From: Candidatus Latescibacterota bacterium
GTDB taxonomy: Bacteria; Latescibacterota; UBA2968; UBA8231
Assembly: GCA_965248355.1 (NCBI GenBank)
Contig: OZ252098.1
Span: 320,001 to 384,000 of the forward strand
Length of the DNA: 64,000 nt
Direction: 5' to 3'
Position 1 is the first letter of the stretch, and the number at the start of each line of letters is the position of its first letter. Position numbers and translations under genes: made by a program. This document shows, in pieces, positions 18,719 through 28,648 of the stretch. The notes under the pieces were generated by a model. The model was not told the DNA's origin, did not search any database, and saw only the letters and a program-made list of their open reading frames with translations.

Positions 18719-20536
18719 ATGATGACGAAACTGCGCGAGCGCACGGCCATCATCATGTGGATCGTGATCCTCGCCTTTGTTGGCCTGATCGTCGTGGAAT
18801 GGGGAGCCGACTACTCCGGCACGTCCGGCGGGCGGGAGACGGACATGGTCGGCTCGATCAACGGGGAGCAGGTCTCCTACCGACTCTTCCAGCAGGCGTT
18901 GCAGAACGCCGTGCGCATGCGCCGGCAGGAAGACGGGGAGACCGATCAGCTGGTGCGCGAGGTCTGGCAGGCCCTGGTCTCGGAAGTGCTTCTCCGGCAG
19001 GAGGTCGAGCGCCTGGGGATCGAGATCACCGATGAGGAGCTCGCCTTCTACGCGATGAACGCGCCGCCGGAGGTCGTCAGGCAGCTGTCCGCCTTCCAGC
19101 GCGACGGCGAGTTCGACCTCCAGCTCTATCAGCAGATCTTCAGCGACGAGGGCACGGTGCGCGAGCAGCGCGCCTTCATCGCCCAGGTGGAGAGGATGAT
19201 CCACCAGCAGCTGATCGGCCAGCGTCTGCAGGGCCTGCTGACCGAGACGGTCCGGGTCACCCCCCAGGAGGTCCGCCGGCACTATGCGGACCGCAAGGAG
19301 AAGGCCACCGTGGAGTACGCCTTCGTCCCGGTGTCGATGGTTCCGGCGGCGGAGGTGACCGTCACCGAGGAGGACCTCCTGGCGCAGTACGAAGAGCGGA
19401 GGTCCGACTATCGGCACTCCGAGCAGATCCAGGTCGTCTACGTGCTGCTTCCCCGCCAGCCGAGCGCCGCGGACTCGGCCGAGGTGGCCGAGGAGATCGC
19501 CCGCCTGCGACGCGAGATCGTCGAGGCGGGAGCCGACTTCGCCGACATGGCCTCGGCCATGTCGGACGACGAGGGCACGGCCGCCAACGGCGGGGACCTT
19601 GGCGTCTTCGGCCCCGGCGCCATGGTCCCCGAGTTCGAGGCCGCGGCCTTCGCCCTGGCCGCCGGGGAAGTCTCGCAGCCCGTGCAGACCACCTACGGCT
19701 GGCATCTCATCAAGGTCGAGGAGCGCCTTCCGCCCGAGTCCGGCGAGGGAGAGCGGGTCCGGGCCCGCCACATTCTGCTGAAGCACCGGGCCTCCCCACA
19801 GACGGAGGACGAGATCCTCGCCCGGGCCGAGGCCCTGGCGGCCCAGGCGGGAGAGCGCGGGCTGCGCCAGGCGGCGGCTGCGGAGGAGCTCCAGGTGCGC
19901 GACGCCGGCTGGATCGGCCGAGGGGGGGGCCTGCCGGGCGTAACGGGCGGCGCCACGGGGTGGGTCGTGGGCCGGCTCTTCGACAGCGAGGTCGGCGAGC
20001 AGTGCCCCGTGGGCAGCACCGAGGCGGGGTATTTCGTCGCCGAGCTGGCCGGCCGCCGGCCGGAGGGGGTGCTGCCTCTCGAGGAGGTCCGGCCGCGGCT
20101 GGAGTCGGCGGTGAGCCGCCGCAAGCGCTCCGAGCGCGCCGGCGAGAAGCTGCTTGGGGTGAAGGAGGCGGTCGAGGCCGGGCAGGGGTTCGCCACCGCC
20201 GTGGCCTCCGCCGGACTCGAGGTGCGCACCGGAGGCCCCTTCGCGAGAACGGATTACGTCCCCGGTGTCGGCCGGGGCAGCGAGTTCGTCGGCGCCGCCT
20301 TCGCCCTGGAGAGCGGCGAGGTGAGCGGCCTGGTGGTGCAGGGCAACGGCGCCTACCTGCTGCACCTGACGGGCAAGAGCGCCATCGACGAGGCCGCCTT
20401 CGAGGAGGAGCGCGCCACGGTCGAGGCGGAGCTGCTGCAGGCGCGCCGCGCCGAGTCCCTGCAGGTGTGGTACGCCCAGATCTACGAGAACGCCGACATC
20501 GAGGACAACCGGCACCTGTTCTACTCGAACTTCTGA
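18719..20536 (+). CDS. PpiD/SurA-type membrane-anchored peptidyl-prolyl isomerase
   Basis: N-terminal TM anchor, SurA_N-like region and parvulin motif GGDLG..MVPEFEAAAFAL..VQTTYGWHLIKV. Confidence 0.88.
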   Translation: MMTKLRERTAIIMWIVILAFVGLIVVEWGADYSGTSGGRETDMVGSINGEQVSYRLFQQALQNAVRMRRQEDGETDQLVREVWQALVSEVLLRQEVERLGIEITDEELAFYAMNAPPEVVRQLSAFQRDGEFDLQLYQQIFSDEGTVREQRAFIAQVERMIHQQLIGQRLQGLLTETVRVTPQEVRRHYADRKEKATVEYAFVPVSMVPAAEVTVTEEDLLAQYEERRSDYRHSEQIQVVYVLLPRQPSAADSAEVAEEIARLRREIVEAGADFADMASAMSDDEGTAANGGDLGVFGPGAMVPEFEAAAFALAAGEVSQPVQTTYGWHLIKVEERLPPESGEGERVRARHILLKHRASPQTEDEILARAEALAAQAGERGLRQAAAAEELQVRDAGWIGRGGGLPGVTGGATGWVVGRLFDSEVGEQCPVGSTEAGYFVAELAGRRPEGVLPLEEVRPRLESAVSRRKRSERAGEKLLGVKEAVEAGQGFATAVASAGLEVRTGGPFARTDYVPGVGRGSEFVGAAFALESGEVSGLVVQGNGAYLLHLTGKSAIDEAAFEEERATVEAELLQARRAESLQVWYAQIYENADIEDNRHLFYSNF

Positions 20537-20554
20537 CCCCGGGAGCACATCGTC

Positions 20555-21466
20555 ATGCCAGCCACACCCGCAGAGACACCCATCGGATTCGTCGGGCTCG
20601 GGATCATGGGCTCCCCCATGGCCCTGAACCTCATGAAGGCCGGGTTCTCCCTGAAGGTCTACAACCGCTCCGACCGCCCCGGCGTGCAGGAGGTGGTCGA
20701 GGCCGGCGCCACCCGCGCGGCCTCTCCGAGAGAGGCGGCCGAAGGCAGCGACGTGATCGTCACCATGGTCACCGACACGCCCGACGTGGAGGCCGTGATC
20801 CTCGGCGAGGAGGGTGTGGTCCACGGCGCCCGCAGAGGGGCCACGGTCATCGACATGAGCACCATCTCGCCGCGCGTCACCCGCCAAGTCGCCGCGCGCC
20901 TGGAGGAGTCGGGAGTGCACATGCTCGACGCGCCGGTGAGCGGCGGCGACGTGGGCGCCCAGCAGGGGACGCTGTCGATCATGGTGGGGGGCGAGCAGGC
21001 CGTCTTCGACGAGTGCCTGCCGGTCTTCGAGGCCATGGGCCGCAACATCAACCTCATCGGCGGCCACGGCGCCGGACAGACGACCAAGGCCTGCAACCAG
21101 ATCGCCGTGGCCTGCACCAACCTGGCCATGGCCGAGGCCCTGATGCTGGCGGCGGCCTCCGACATGGACGTGCAGAAGGTCCTCGACGCCATCTCCGGGG
21201 GCGCCGCCGGCTCCTGGCAGATGACCAACCTGGGGCCTCGCATCCTCAAGGGGGACTTCGCCCCCGGGTTCATGGTGCGGCTGCAGCAGAAGGACCTCAA
21301 GCTCGTCCTCGAGGCGGCCAACGACGTCAAGCTGGCCCTGCCGGGCACGAGCATCGCCCACCAGTACTTCAACATCGTCGAACGCCTCGGCGGCGCCGAC
21401 GACGGCACCCAGGCCCTGATCAAGGCCTACGAGTCCCAGGCCGGCACCGAGGCGCGTGCCGAATAG
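20555..21466 (+). CDS. Beta-hydroxyacid dehydrogenase (3-hydroxyisobutyrate/tartronate semialdehyde reductase family)
   Basis: GFVGLGIMG, DAPVSGG, KACNQ and FAPGF..KDL. Confidence 0.9.
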   Translation: MPATPAETPIGFVGLGIMGSPMALNLMKAGFSLKVYNRSDRPGVQEVVEAGATRAASPREAAEGSDVIVTMVTDTPDVEAVILGEEGVVHGARRGATVIDMSTISPRVTRQVAARLEESGVHMLDAPVSGGDVGAQQGTLSIMVGGEQAVFDECLPVFEAMGRNINLIGGHGAGQTTKACNQIAVACTNLAMAEALMLAAASDMDVQKVLDAISGGAAGSWQMTNLGPRILKGDFAPGFMVRLQQKDLKLVLEAANDVKLALPGTSIAHQYFNIVERLGGADDGTQALIKAYESQAGTEARAE

Positions 21467-22274
21467 GACGAGGCCGGCCGTGAGGCCCGCTCTGCGCAAG
21501 ATCGGCGCTCTTCTGCGCGACGAGGGACAGCCCTTTCCCCTCGAGGAGATGCGCCGCCTTCTGGACGGGCACGGCATCGAGCTGTGCGTTCTGGAGGACG
21601 GCACGCCGCCGCCCGAAGACCTCGACCTGGTGATGGCCATGGGCGGGGACGGCACCGTCCTGCGCGCCCTGGACCTGTGTCCGCAGGCTCCGGTGCTGGC
21701 CATCAACTACGGAACGGTGGGCTTCCTGACGGCCGGGGACCGCTCCGATCTGGACAGCATCCTCGGCCGGCTGGTGACCGGAGACTACATCCTCAGCGAG
21801 CGGCTCGCCCTCACCTGTCGCTATCCCGGCGGCGAGGTGCGCGCCGTGAACGAGGTGATGGTGCGCAGCAGCAACCGGCTCGTGTTCATCGACGTCTTCG
21901 TGGACGGGTCCAAGATCCGGACGATCTGCGGTGACGGCGTGGTCGTGGGCACCCCCACGGGCAGCACCGGCTTCCTGCTGGCCGCTGGAGCCCCGATCGT
22001 CATGCCGGAGGTCCGCTGTCTCGTGCTCGACGGGATCAACGAGTACAATTTCACTTCCCGTTCGCTGATCCTGCGCCCCGAGGCCCGGGTGCGGCTGAAC
22101 GTGAGCCCGGAGACCCGGGAACCCCAGGTCTGGCTGACCGCTGATGGCCGCCGCATGGGGGAGCTCGCCCCGGGAGACGACGTGGAGATCGGCTCCTCCG
22201 AGCGCACGGCCCGGCTGGTCTATTTCGAGCCGAGCTACTTCTTCCACAACCTGACCTCCAAGCTCTCATGGTAA
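21456..22274 (+). CDS. nadK: NAD(+) kinase
   Basis: GGDGT, GTVGFL, NE motif and GDGVVVGTPTGST. Confidence 0.85.
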   Translation: MPNRTRPAVRPALRKIGALLRDEGQPFPLEEMRRLLDGHGIELCVLEDGTPPPEDLDLVMAMGGDGTVLRALDLCPQAPVLAINYGTVGFLTAGDRSDLDSILGRLVTGDYILSERLALTCRYPGGEVRAVNEVMVRSSNRLVFIDVFVDGSKIRTICGDGVVVGTPTGSTGFLLAAGAPIVMPEVRCLVLDGINEYNFTSRSLILRPEARVRLNVSPETREPQVWLTADGRRMGELAPGDDVEIGSSERTARLVYFEPSYFFHNLTSKLSW

Positions 22275-22922
22275 CCGCACCCGTCGCCGTCACCGGAGCC
22301 GACCAGGCCCTGGGGGCCGCCCTGTGCCGGGGGCTGTCCGCCGGAGGCGAGGTGGTCGCCATCGGCGAGGCCCCCGGTCCCCGGAAGGATCTCGGCGGCG
22401 CGGTGGAACCGGAGCGCCGATCTGCGCCTGCCCGGCGAGGCCCGCCAGGCCCTGAGCGGCGCCGGCCTCGTCGTCCACGCCCAGCCCCACGACGCGCCGC
22501 CGGGCGAAGGGGCCGAGGGGGAGGCGCGGCTCCTCGACGTCGTCAGCCGCGGCACCTACGTCCTCGTCCAGGCCGCCCGCGAGGCCGGCATCGGCCGCAT
22601 CGTGCTCGTGAGTCCCATCTCGCTGATGCAGGACTACCTCGCGGACTACGTCGTAGAACCGTGGTGGCGGCCCCGGCCCCGGCCCGACGGCGAGGGGCTG
22701 GCGCCCTACCTGGCGGAACTCGTCGGCCGGTAGATCGCGCGCACCGGCGCCATCGAGGTGCGGTGCCTGCGCATGGGGCCCCTCGACGATCCTCAGGGCA
22801 CGTCCTCCGAGGACGCGGTGGCGGCCGTCGCAGCGGCCCTGCGGAGCGAAGCCGCTACCGACGGGTACTGCTGGCAGGTGGACCACGTCCTCTCCGGCGG
22901 ATCCTCCGCCGGCGGGAGCTAG
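22268..22922 (+). pseudogene. NAD-dependent epimerase/dehydratase-like pseudogene
   Basis: N-terminus VAVTGAD..LG, frameshift near 22405-22415 into ADLRLPG..GTYVLVQAAREAGIGRIVLVS, in-frame TAG at 22731-22733, natural stop at 22920-22922. Confidence 0.75.
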
Positions 22923-22925
22923 CGC

Positions 22926-23182
22926 ATGGCCACGGTCGACAGCGGGCGGGTGGTGATCTTCGGCGCCGGCGGCCCCGTGGGCGCGGTGACGATGGAGGCC
23001 CTGAAGGACCACTACACCCTGCGCTGCACCGACGTCACCCCGCTGGAGCAGATCGTGGCGGAGGAGCGGCGCCAGAGTGCGCGCGCGCCCCTGCCCCCGC
23101 TTCTCCCGGCGCCCCACGAGCCCGGCGGCTGCTGGACTGGGAGGCCGCCGACACCTGGGAGGAGATGCTGCGCCGGAGCTGA
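22926..23182 (+). pseudogene. Second epimerase-like gene, mostly deleted
   Basis: Rossmann start VVIFGAGGPVG..YTLRCTD, joined out of frame near 23120 to a typical C-terminus ARRLLDWEA..*. Confidence 0.65.
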
Positions 23183-23193
23183 TCCCCCCCGGC

Positions 23194-24708
23194 TCAGGCC
23201 AGGATCCCGACGCGCTCCGCCTCGCCCTCCTCCCCTCCTGCCTGCAGGGTGAGGTTGAGCCGGCGCACCTCCTCCGGCTTCAGGTCGGGCAGGCGCGCCA
23301 CCCGCCCGAGGAAGCGGTCCATCTCCTCCGGGTCGACGAGGCCCTCTGTCAGCGATCGCAGCTTGCCCATGTAGTCCCGGCGCCGGAAGGGCCGGGCTCC
23401 CAGGGAGTGGGCGTTGGGGTTGTCGAGGCGCTCCACCACCTCGGAGCCGTCCCGCATGCGCACCACCACCTCGGCGCCGAACTTCCGGCGCCGGAAGTCG
23501 GACCCGTGGTAGGCCCGGGTCCACTCCTCCACCTCCTCGGTGCGCACCTTGTGCCAGAGGGCCACCGTCGAAGGGCGGTTCGCCCGTTCGGGGGTGTACG
23601 AGTCGACGTGGTGCCAGCGGCCGTCCTCCCAGGCCACGGCGAGGATGTACATGGCGCTGTGATCGAGCGTCTCCCGGGAGGCGCCGGGATCCATCTTCTC
23701 CGGGTCTCCGGCCCCCGTGCCGATGACGAAGTGGGTGTGGTGGCTGGTGCGCACCACCACCTCCCGCACCGCTTCCAGGTCGAGGCCGCGTTCGTGGAGG
23801 GCGAAGCCGATGTCGATCAGGGCCTGGGCCTGGTACTCGGCGGAGTGCTCCTTGGTGTAGGAATCGAGGATCGCCCGCAGGGGCTCTCCCGGCTGGGGCA
23901 AAGAGACCTCGTACACGGCTTCCGGCCCCGACAGGAGCCAGGCGATGACCCCGTCGCGCCCTTCGTAGATCGGCGACGGGGCTCGCTCCCCGAGCAGGCA
24001 CCGGCCCACCGCTTCCAGGGCGGTCTTGCCCGACTGGGCCGGGGCGTAAGCCTTCCAGCTGGTGATGTCGCCCTTGCGCGACTGCCGGGTCGAGCACCCC
24101 AGGTGAACGGCCTGGTTCACGGCCTGGAAGATCGTCTCCACCGGCAGCCGCAGCAGGGCGCCGACGCCGGCGGCGACGGCCGGGGCGAGGTGGGCCACGT
24201 GGTCGATCTTGTGCTCGTGCAGGCAGATGCCCCGGACCAGGGAGATCTGCGTCTCGTAGGCCACCAGGAGGCCGCGCACCAGGTCGGCCCCGCCGCGGCC
24301 CGTCTGCTGGGCCGCCGCCAGCACGCCGGGGATCGTATCCGCGGGATGGGAGTAGTCGGCGGCCAGGAAGCAGTCGTGGTAGTCCAGCTCGCGCACGGCC
24401 ACGCCGTTGGCCAGGGCCGCCCACTCGCAGTGGAAGGTGCGTTCCGCCGGCAGGCCGTAGAGGCAGGCCCCCCGGCCCTTGGGATGGGGATAGCCGAGGG
24501 CGAGGAGGCGGGCGCGGCGCACGGGGTCGCGGTCGAAGGCGGCGGCGGCCACGGCGGCGTTGTCGATGATCCGGTTGCCGACCATCTCGGCGGCGTCCTC
24601 CGGGCCCGCCGGTGCGGCGGCGGCCATGGCGGCGATCTTCCAGGCCAGCTGCTCCTGCGGCGGCAGGATCCGGCCTTCGGGGTGCGTCCGCACCCGGTGA
24701 GTGACCAT
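23194..24708 (-). CDS. prpD: MmgE/PrpD family protein (2-methylcitrate dehydratase-like)
   Basis: NGVAVRELDYHD, YSHPAD, KIDHVAH, ITSWKA, KEHSAEYQAQ and RETLDHS; ATG at 24708 with GGAG. Confidence 0.88.
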   Translation of the reverse strand: MVTHRVRTHPEGRILPPQEQLAWKIAAMAAAAPAGPEDAAEMVGNRIIDNAAVAAAAFDRDPVRRARLLALGYPHPKGRGACLYGLPAERTFHCEWAALANGVAVRELDYHDCFLAADYSHPADTIPGVLAAAQQTGRGGADLVRGLLVAYETQISLVRGICLHEHKIDHVAHLAPAVAAGVGALLRLPVETIFQAVNQAVHLGCSTRQSRKGDITSWKAYAPAQSGKTALEAVGRCLLGERAPSPIYEGRDGVIAWLLSGPEAVYEVSLPQPGEPLRAILDSYTKEHSAEYQAQALIDIGFALHERGLDLEAVREVVVRTSHHTHFVIGTGAGDPEKMDPGASRETLDHSAMYILAVAWEDGRWHHVDSYTPERANRPSTVALWHKVRTEEVEEWTRAYHGSDFRRRKFGAEVVVRMRDGSEVVERLDNPNAHSLGARPFRRRDYMGKLRSLTEGLVDPEEMDRFLGRVARLPDLKPEEVRRLNLTLQAGGEEGEAERVGILA

Positions 24709-24763
24709 GGGAGCTCCAGGATGAGGGTGAAGGGTTGCCGGGGCGCGATTCCCAGTGGCGGCG

Positions 24764-26596
24764 TCACCGGCGCCGGCCGGGGGCCGCCGGGGACTGCAGG
24801 CGGGCGAAGATGTGCAGCAGCCTGTCGCGCTCGCCGGGGCGGTGCTCGAGGGCTTCGTCCAGGACCTGCCGCGCCGCGTCCGGGTCGCCGCGCTGGAGGT
24901 GCAGCTGCATGAGCTCGGCGTAGAGGGCCGGCAGGTGGCCGCTGGCGGCCAGGGCCCGCTCGTACGCCGGGACGGCCTCTTCGTCCCGCCCCAGGGCCCG
25001 GTAGCAGTGGGCGAGGTTGACCCACGGTTCGGGGCGGTCGGGCCGGGCCCCGGTGACGCGCTCGAAGATGGCGGCGGCCCCGGCGGCGTCCCCCTGCTGG
25101 GCCTGAATCGAGCCCAGGTCGTTCCAGGCCTGCCAGTAGGTGGAGTCCAGCTCAACGGCCCGGGTGAGGGCCTCCCCGGCCTCGGCGGCGCGACCCTGAC
25201 GGGCGTGGGCCTGGCCGATGTTGTAGTGGATGGCGGCGTCCCCTGCCATGTCCATGGGGCCGGCGCCGAGATTGCCGACCAGCCCGACGACGGCCACGGC
25301 CGCCGCGGCGGGAACCGCGGGGCGGTAGCGCCCCGCGCGGAAGCGGTCCCACAGCCACCACCCGGCGTGGGCCGCCAGCACCAGCAGGACGGGCAGCATG
25401 GGCGCCCGGTAGCGGGAGCTGGGGAAGAAGGCGACGACGCCCGCCGCGTAGGCGAGAACGAAGAGCGTCGCCGGATCCAGCCCGCGGCGATGGATGGCCA
25501 GGGCCAGGCCAAGGAGGGCGAGAGGGGCGACGAGGCCGAAGGGGAAGGCGACGACCCGCTTCCAGAGGGTGGCCGCCAGGACCGGGGAATAGCGGCGCCA
25601 GTAGTAGATGCCCTGGTTGCGGCCCTCCTCGTGGCCGTTGAGGAGCCGCAGGCTCTTGCGCGCCTGCAGGGCCAGGTAGTCCAGGGGCTCCTCCCGCATG
25701 TACTCCAGGGCTTGGTTCCAGAAGTAGTCGGAGCGGTCGGAGCGGCGCTCGATGCCGGCCTCCACCGGCTCGGCCACGAGGTCGTCCCACTCCCACCCGG
25801 GCCGGATCCTCACCAGGCGCTCGTGGTCGGCGCTGTTGCCGATATGGAAGTTGACGCCCGAGTTGTAGGAGATGAGGACCGCGTCGCCGCCGATGGCGTG
25901 GTTGCGCCAGGCCACGGGCAGGACCGCCGCGGCGATGCCGAGGAGGAAGATGGCGGCGCCCGGCCGCGAGCGTCCCTTCCAGGCGATCCAGACCGCCGCC
26001 GGGAGGCAGAAGCCGAGGACCGTCGGCACCGCCAGGGCCGCGAGGCCGCAGACGAGACCCGCCGGGAGGAAGGCGGACGGCGTTCCCCGCCGCAGGGCGC
26101 GCAGCAGCAGCAGCAGGCCCGACAGGCCGAGGACCGTGGCCAGGCTGGCCGGCAGGATCTCCCCGTCGAAGTAGATCAGGGGGCCGCAGAGGCTGGCCGC
26201 CAGGCCGGCGGCGAGACCCACCCTCGGGCCGAACAGGCGCGTTCCCAGCAGGTAGGCGAGGGCGCAGGCCAGGGCGCCCCACAGGGCCTGGAGCCAGCGT
26301 ATGGCGTGGAAGAACGAATCGGGGAAGGCGGTCTTCACCAGGCCCAGCACGTAGGGGTAGAGGGGCGGCTGCCAGAAGGCGGGCCGGTCGCGGCCCAGCC
26401 AGTCGCCGGCGGCCAGCGCCTCGGCGTGGGCCACGTAGGTCATGCCGTCCACCGCCGGCTCGTCGTAGAGCGGGCTCGAGGCCATCTGCCACGCGTGCAG
26501 GGCGCGAAGGAGCAGGGCCAGGAGCAGGATCCCGAGGCAGGCCCTCAATTCAGGCCTCACCCCCGGGCTCCAGCCGCGGATTCGGGCTATATTCAC
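24764..26596 (-). CDS. GT-C (family 39/ArnT-PMT-like) membrane glycosyltransferase with C-terminal TPRs
   Basis: D-x-x-x-Y early loop, QPPLYPY, multiple TM helices, NSGVNFHIGN, SRYRAP, then TPRs (HYNIG, AWNDLG, PWVNLA). Start is uncertain. Confidence 0.8.
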   Translation of the reverse strand: MNIARIRGWSPGVRPELRACLGILLLALLLRALHAWQMASSPLYDEPAVDGMTYVAHAEALAAGDWLGRDRPAFWQPPLYPYVLGLVKTAFPDSFFHAIRWLQALWGALACALAYLLGTRLFGPRVGLAAGLAASLCGPLIYFDGEILPASLATVLGLSGLLLLLRALRRGTPSAFLPAGLVCGLAALAVPTVLGFCLPAAVWIAWKGRSRPGAAIFLLGIAAAVLPVAWRNHAIGGDAVLISYNSGVNFHIGNSADHERLVRIRPGWEWDDLVAEPVEAGIERRSDRSDYFWNQALEYMREEPLDYLALQARKSLRLLNGHEEGRNQGIYYWRRYSPVLAATLWKRVVAFPFGLVAPLALLGLALAIHRRGLDPATLFVLAYAAGVVAFFPSSRYRAPMLPVLLVLAAHAGWWLWDRFRAGRYRPAVPAAAAVAVVGLVGNLGAGPMDMAGDAAIHYNIGQAHARQGRAAEAGEALTRAVELDSTYWQAWNDLGSIQAQQGDAAGAAAIFERVTGARPDRPEPWVNLAHCYRALGRDEEAVPAYERALAASGHLPALYAELMQLHLQRGDPDAARQVLDEALEHRPGERDRLLHIFARLQSPAAPGRRR

Positions 26597-26636
26597 CCGC
26601 TTCGAGAGATCCCCGAGGGAGCCGACCGCACGTCCC

Positions 26637-28589
26637 ATGCCGAAGCAGCCTGAACGCATCTTCACCCTGCGCGCCCTGCTCGTCGGCTCCATCGGCGCCT
26701 TCGTCGTCTCGGCGGGCACGGCGTACGGGGCCCTCTACCTGAAGGGCTCCCTCATGGCCACGGGCACGAGCATGCCCGGCGCCGTCTTCGTGCTCTTCCT
26801 CATCACCCTGCTGGTGAACCCCGCTCTCAAGCTGATCTCGCCGCGGGCGGGGCTGCGGCGGGGCGAGCTGCTGCTCGTCTACGTCATGCTCGTCATGGCC
26901 TCGCCGCTGCCGCGCCTCTTCGTGTGGAAGTACCTCTGCTCCCTGACCTACCCCTTCTACTACGCCACGCCGGAGAACGACTGGCGCCACCTGGTCCTGC
27001 CGCACCTGCCCGACTGGATCGTGCCCCATTCGCCCGAGCTGGCGCAGCTCTTCTTCGAAGGCGTCGCCCAGGGCCAGGGGATCCCGTGGGCTCCCTGGCT
27101 GCGCGTCTTCGCCGCCTGGATGCCCTTCCTGTGGGCCCTGTTCCTGGTGATGATCGCCTCCATGGTGATCATGCGGCGCCAGTGGGTGGAGAACGAGCGC
27201 CTCATCTTTCCCCTCCTGCAGGTGCCCCTGGCCATGGTCGGCGAGGACGGCGAGAAGGGGAGAATCGGAAGGTTCTACAAGGACCCGGTCATGTGGGCGG
27301 GCTTCGCCGTGCCGGCTCTCTACGGGACCCTCCACGGTCTCTACAACTACTTCCCCGGCATCGTCGCCGTGGCCACCCGGGTCGATCCCATCCACTTCAC
27401 CCTTCCCATCTTCGACGGCGTCCACGATCTCTTCTTCCTCCTGCGCTTCAACATCCTGGGCTTCTTCTACTTCCTCAAGACCGACATCGCCTTCAGCATC
27501 TGGTTCTTCAACCTTCTCTCCTTCGTGGCCCGGGGTGTCTTCGCCCGCCTCGGCATCTCGATCACGGAGACGGGCATGGTGGCCACCGAGGACATAGGCC
27601 ACGCCGTTCCCAACCTGATCCTCGCCTACCAGGCCATGGGCGGCATGCTGGCCCTGTTCTTCGGAGGCCTGTGGATGGGGCGGTCCCACCTCAAGGCCGT
27701 CTTCCGCAAGGCCCTCTACGGCGATCCCGGCGTCGACGACAGCGACGAGATCCTCTCCTACCGGGCCGCCGTGATCATCCTCGTGACGGGCTGCCTGGTC
27801 ATGGTCGGCTGGCTGGCCATCGCCGGCCTGCCCGTCATCTACGGAGTTGCGCTCATCTTCCTCGTGGGGGTTCTGCTCGTCGGTTATTCCCGCATCGTGG
27901 CCGAGGGAGGGCTCTCCGACGGCGCGCCTCCCGTGGTCCCCGCCGGGATCCTGGCCTCCACCATCGGCTCGGTGAAGCTGGGGGAGCCGAGCATGGTGAT
28001 CCTCGGCCTCTGCATCTGGTGGTCGGAGGGGCGCAACTTCGTGATGACCTCGGCAGCCCAGTCGCTGCGCCTCAGCGACGATATGGAGCCGGCGTCGAAG
28101 CGGCCCTTGTTCTGGATCATGGTGGTGGCCGTGGCCATCGCCTTTTTCGGGGCGGTGTGGACGATCATGAAGCTAGGCCACGACTCGGGGGCCATCAATC
28201 TGTACCGGGCCTACGGCGGCGGCTACGACTTCGCGGAGCGCATGATCCGCACGCCCACGGGGCCGCAGCTGCTCACTTGGATCCACATCGGCGCGGGCGG
28301 CCTCATCATGGGCGGCCTCATGCTGGCCCGGGCCGTGTTCCTGTGGTGGCCCCTGCACCCCATCGGCTACGTCGTCGGGCCGGTGTGGATCCTGGACCAC
28401 CTGTGGTTCAACATGTTCCTCGCCTGGTTGGTGAAGGTGATCGTCCTGAGGTACGGCGGCGTGCGCCTCTACCTGCGGACCCGGCCCTTCTTCCTCGGCA
28501 TCATCCTCGGCTTCGTGGTGCCGGGCGGGGTCTTCCTGATTATCGACCACTTCACGGGCATGGTGGGCAACATCATCTTCTACGGCTAG
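26637..28589 (+). CDS. Polytopic membrane protein, DUF6785/DUF6784-like (putative transporter)
   Basis: About 15 hydrophobic segments; RRQWVENERLIFPL, RIVAEGG, WWPLHPIGY, LRYGG..RPFFLG. Family name recalled, not computed. Confidence 0.65.
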   Translation: MPKQPERIFTLRALLVGSIGAFVVSAGTAYGALYLKGSLMATGTSMPGAVFVLFLITLLVNPALKLISPRAGLRRGELLLVYVMLVMASPLPRLFVWKYLCSLTYPFYYATPENDWRHLVLPHLPDWIVPHSPELAQLFFEGVAQGQGIPWAPWLRVFAAWMPFLWALFLVMIASMVIMRRQWVENERLIFPLLQVPLAMVGEDGEKGRIGRFYKDPVMWAGFAVPALYGTLHGLYNYFPGIVAVATRVDPIHFTLPIFDGVHDLFFLLRFNILGFFYFLKTDIAFSIWFFNLLSFVARGVFARLGISITETGMVATEDIGHAVPNLILAYQAMGGMLALFFGGLWMGRSHLKAVFRKALYGDPGVDDSDEILSYRAAVIILVTGCLVMVGWLAIAGLPVIYGVALIFLVGVLLVGYSRIVAEGGLSDGAPPVVPAGILASTIGSVKLGEPSMVILGLCIWWSEGRNFVMTSAAQSLRLSDDMEPASKRPLFWIMVVAVAIAFFGAVWTIMKLGHDSGAINLYRAYGGGYDFAERMIRTPTGPQLLTWIHIGAGGLIMGGLMLARAVFLWWPLHPIGYVVGPVWILDHLWFNMFLAWLVKVIVLRYGGVRLYLRTRPFFLGIILGFVVPGGVFLIIDHFTGMVGNIIFYG

Positions 28590-28648
28590 CGCGGGGCTCC
28601 CCCTCCCGGCGGGAGGGGAGGGACGCGTCCAGGCCCCCGTCGAGTGCG

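Noticed and set aside
18332-21706. 1124-aa minus-strand ORF
   Set aside because: Antisense to the well-supported PPIase and dehydrogenase genes.
22731-22733. In-frame TAG as pyrrolysine or readthrough
   Set aside because: The same gene also has a frameshift and its neighbour is deleted. No pyl genes are visible, so a nonsense mutation is the simpler explanation.
28597-28620. GC hairpin CCCCTCCC-GGC-GGGAGGGG as a REP element
   Set aside because: I found only one copy and no U-tract. It is probably just a stem between convergent genes.
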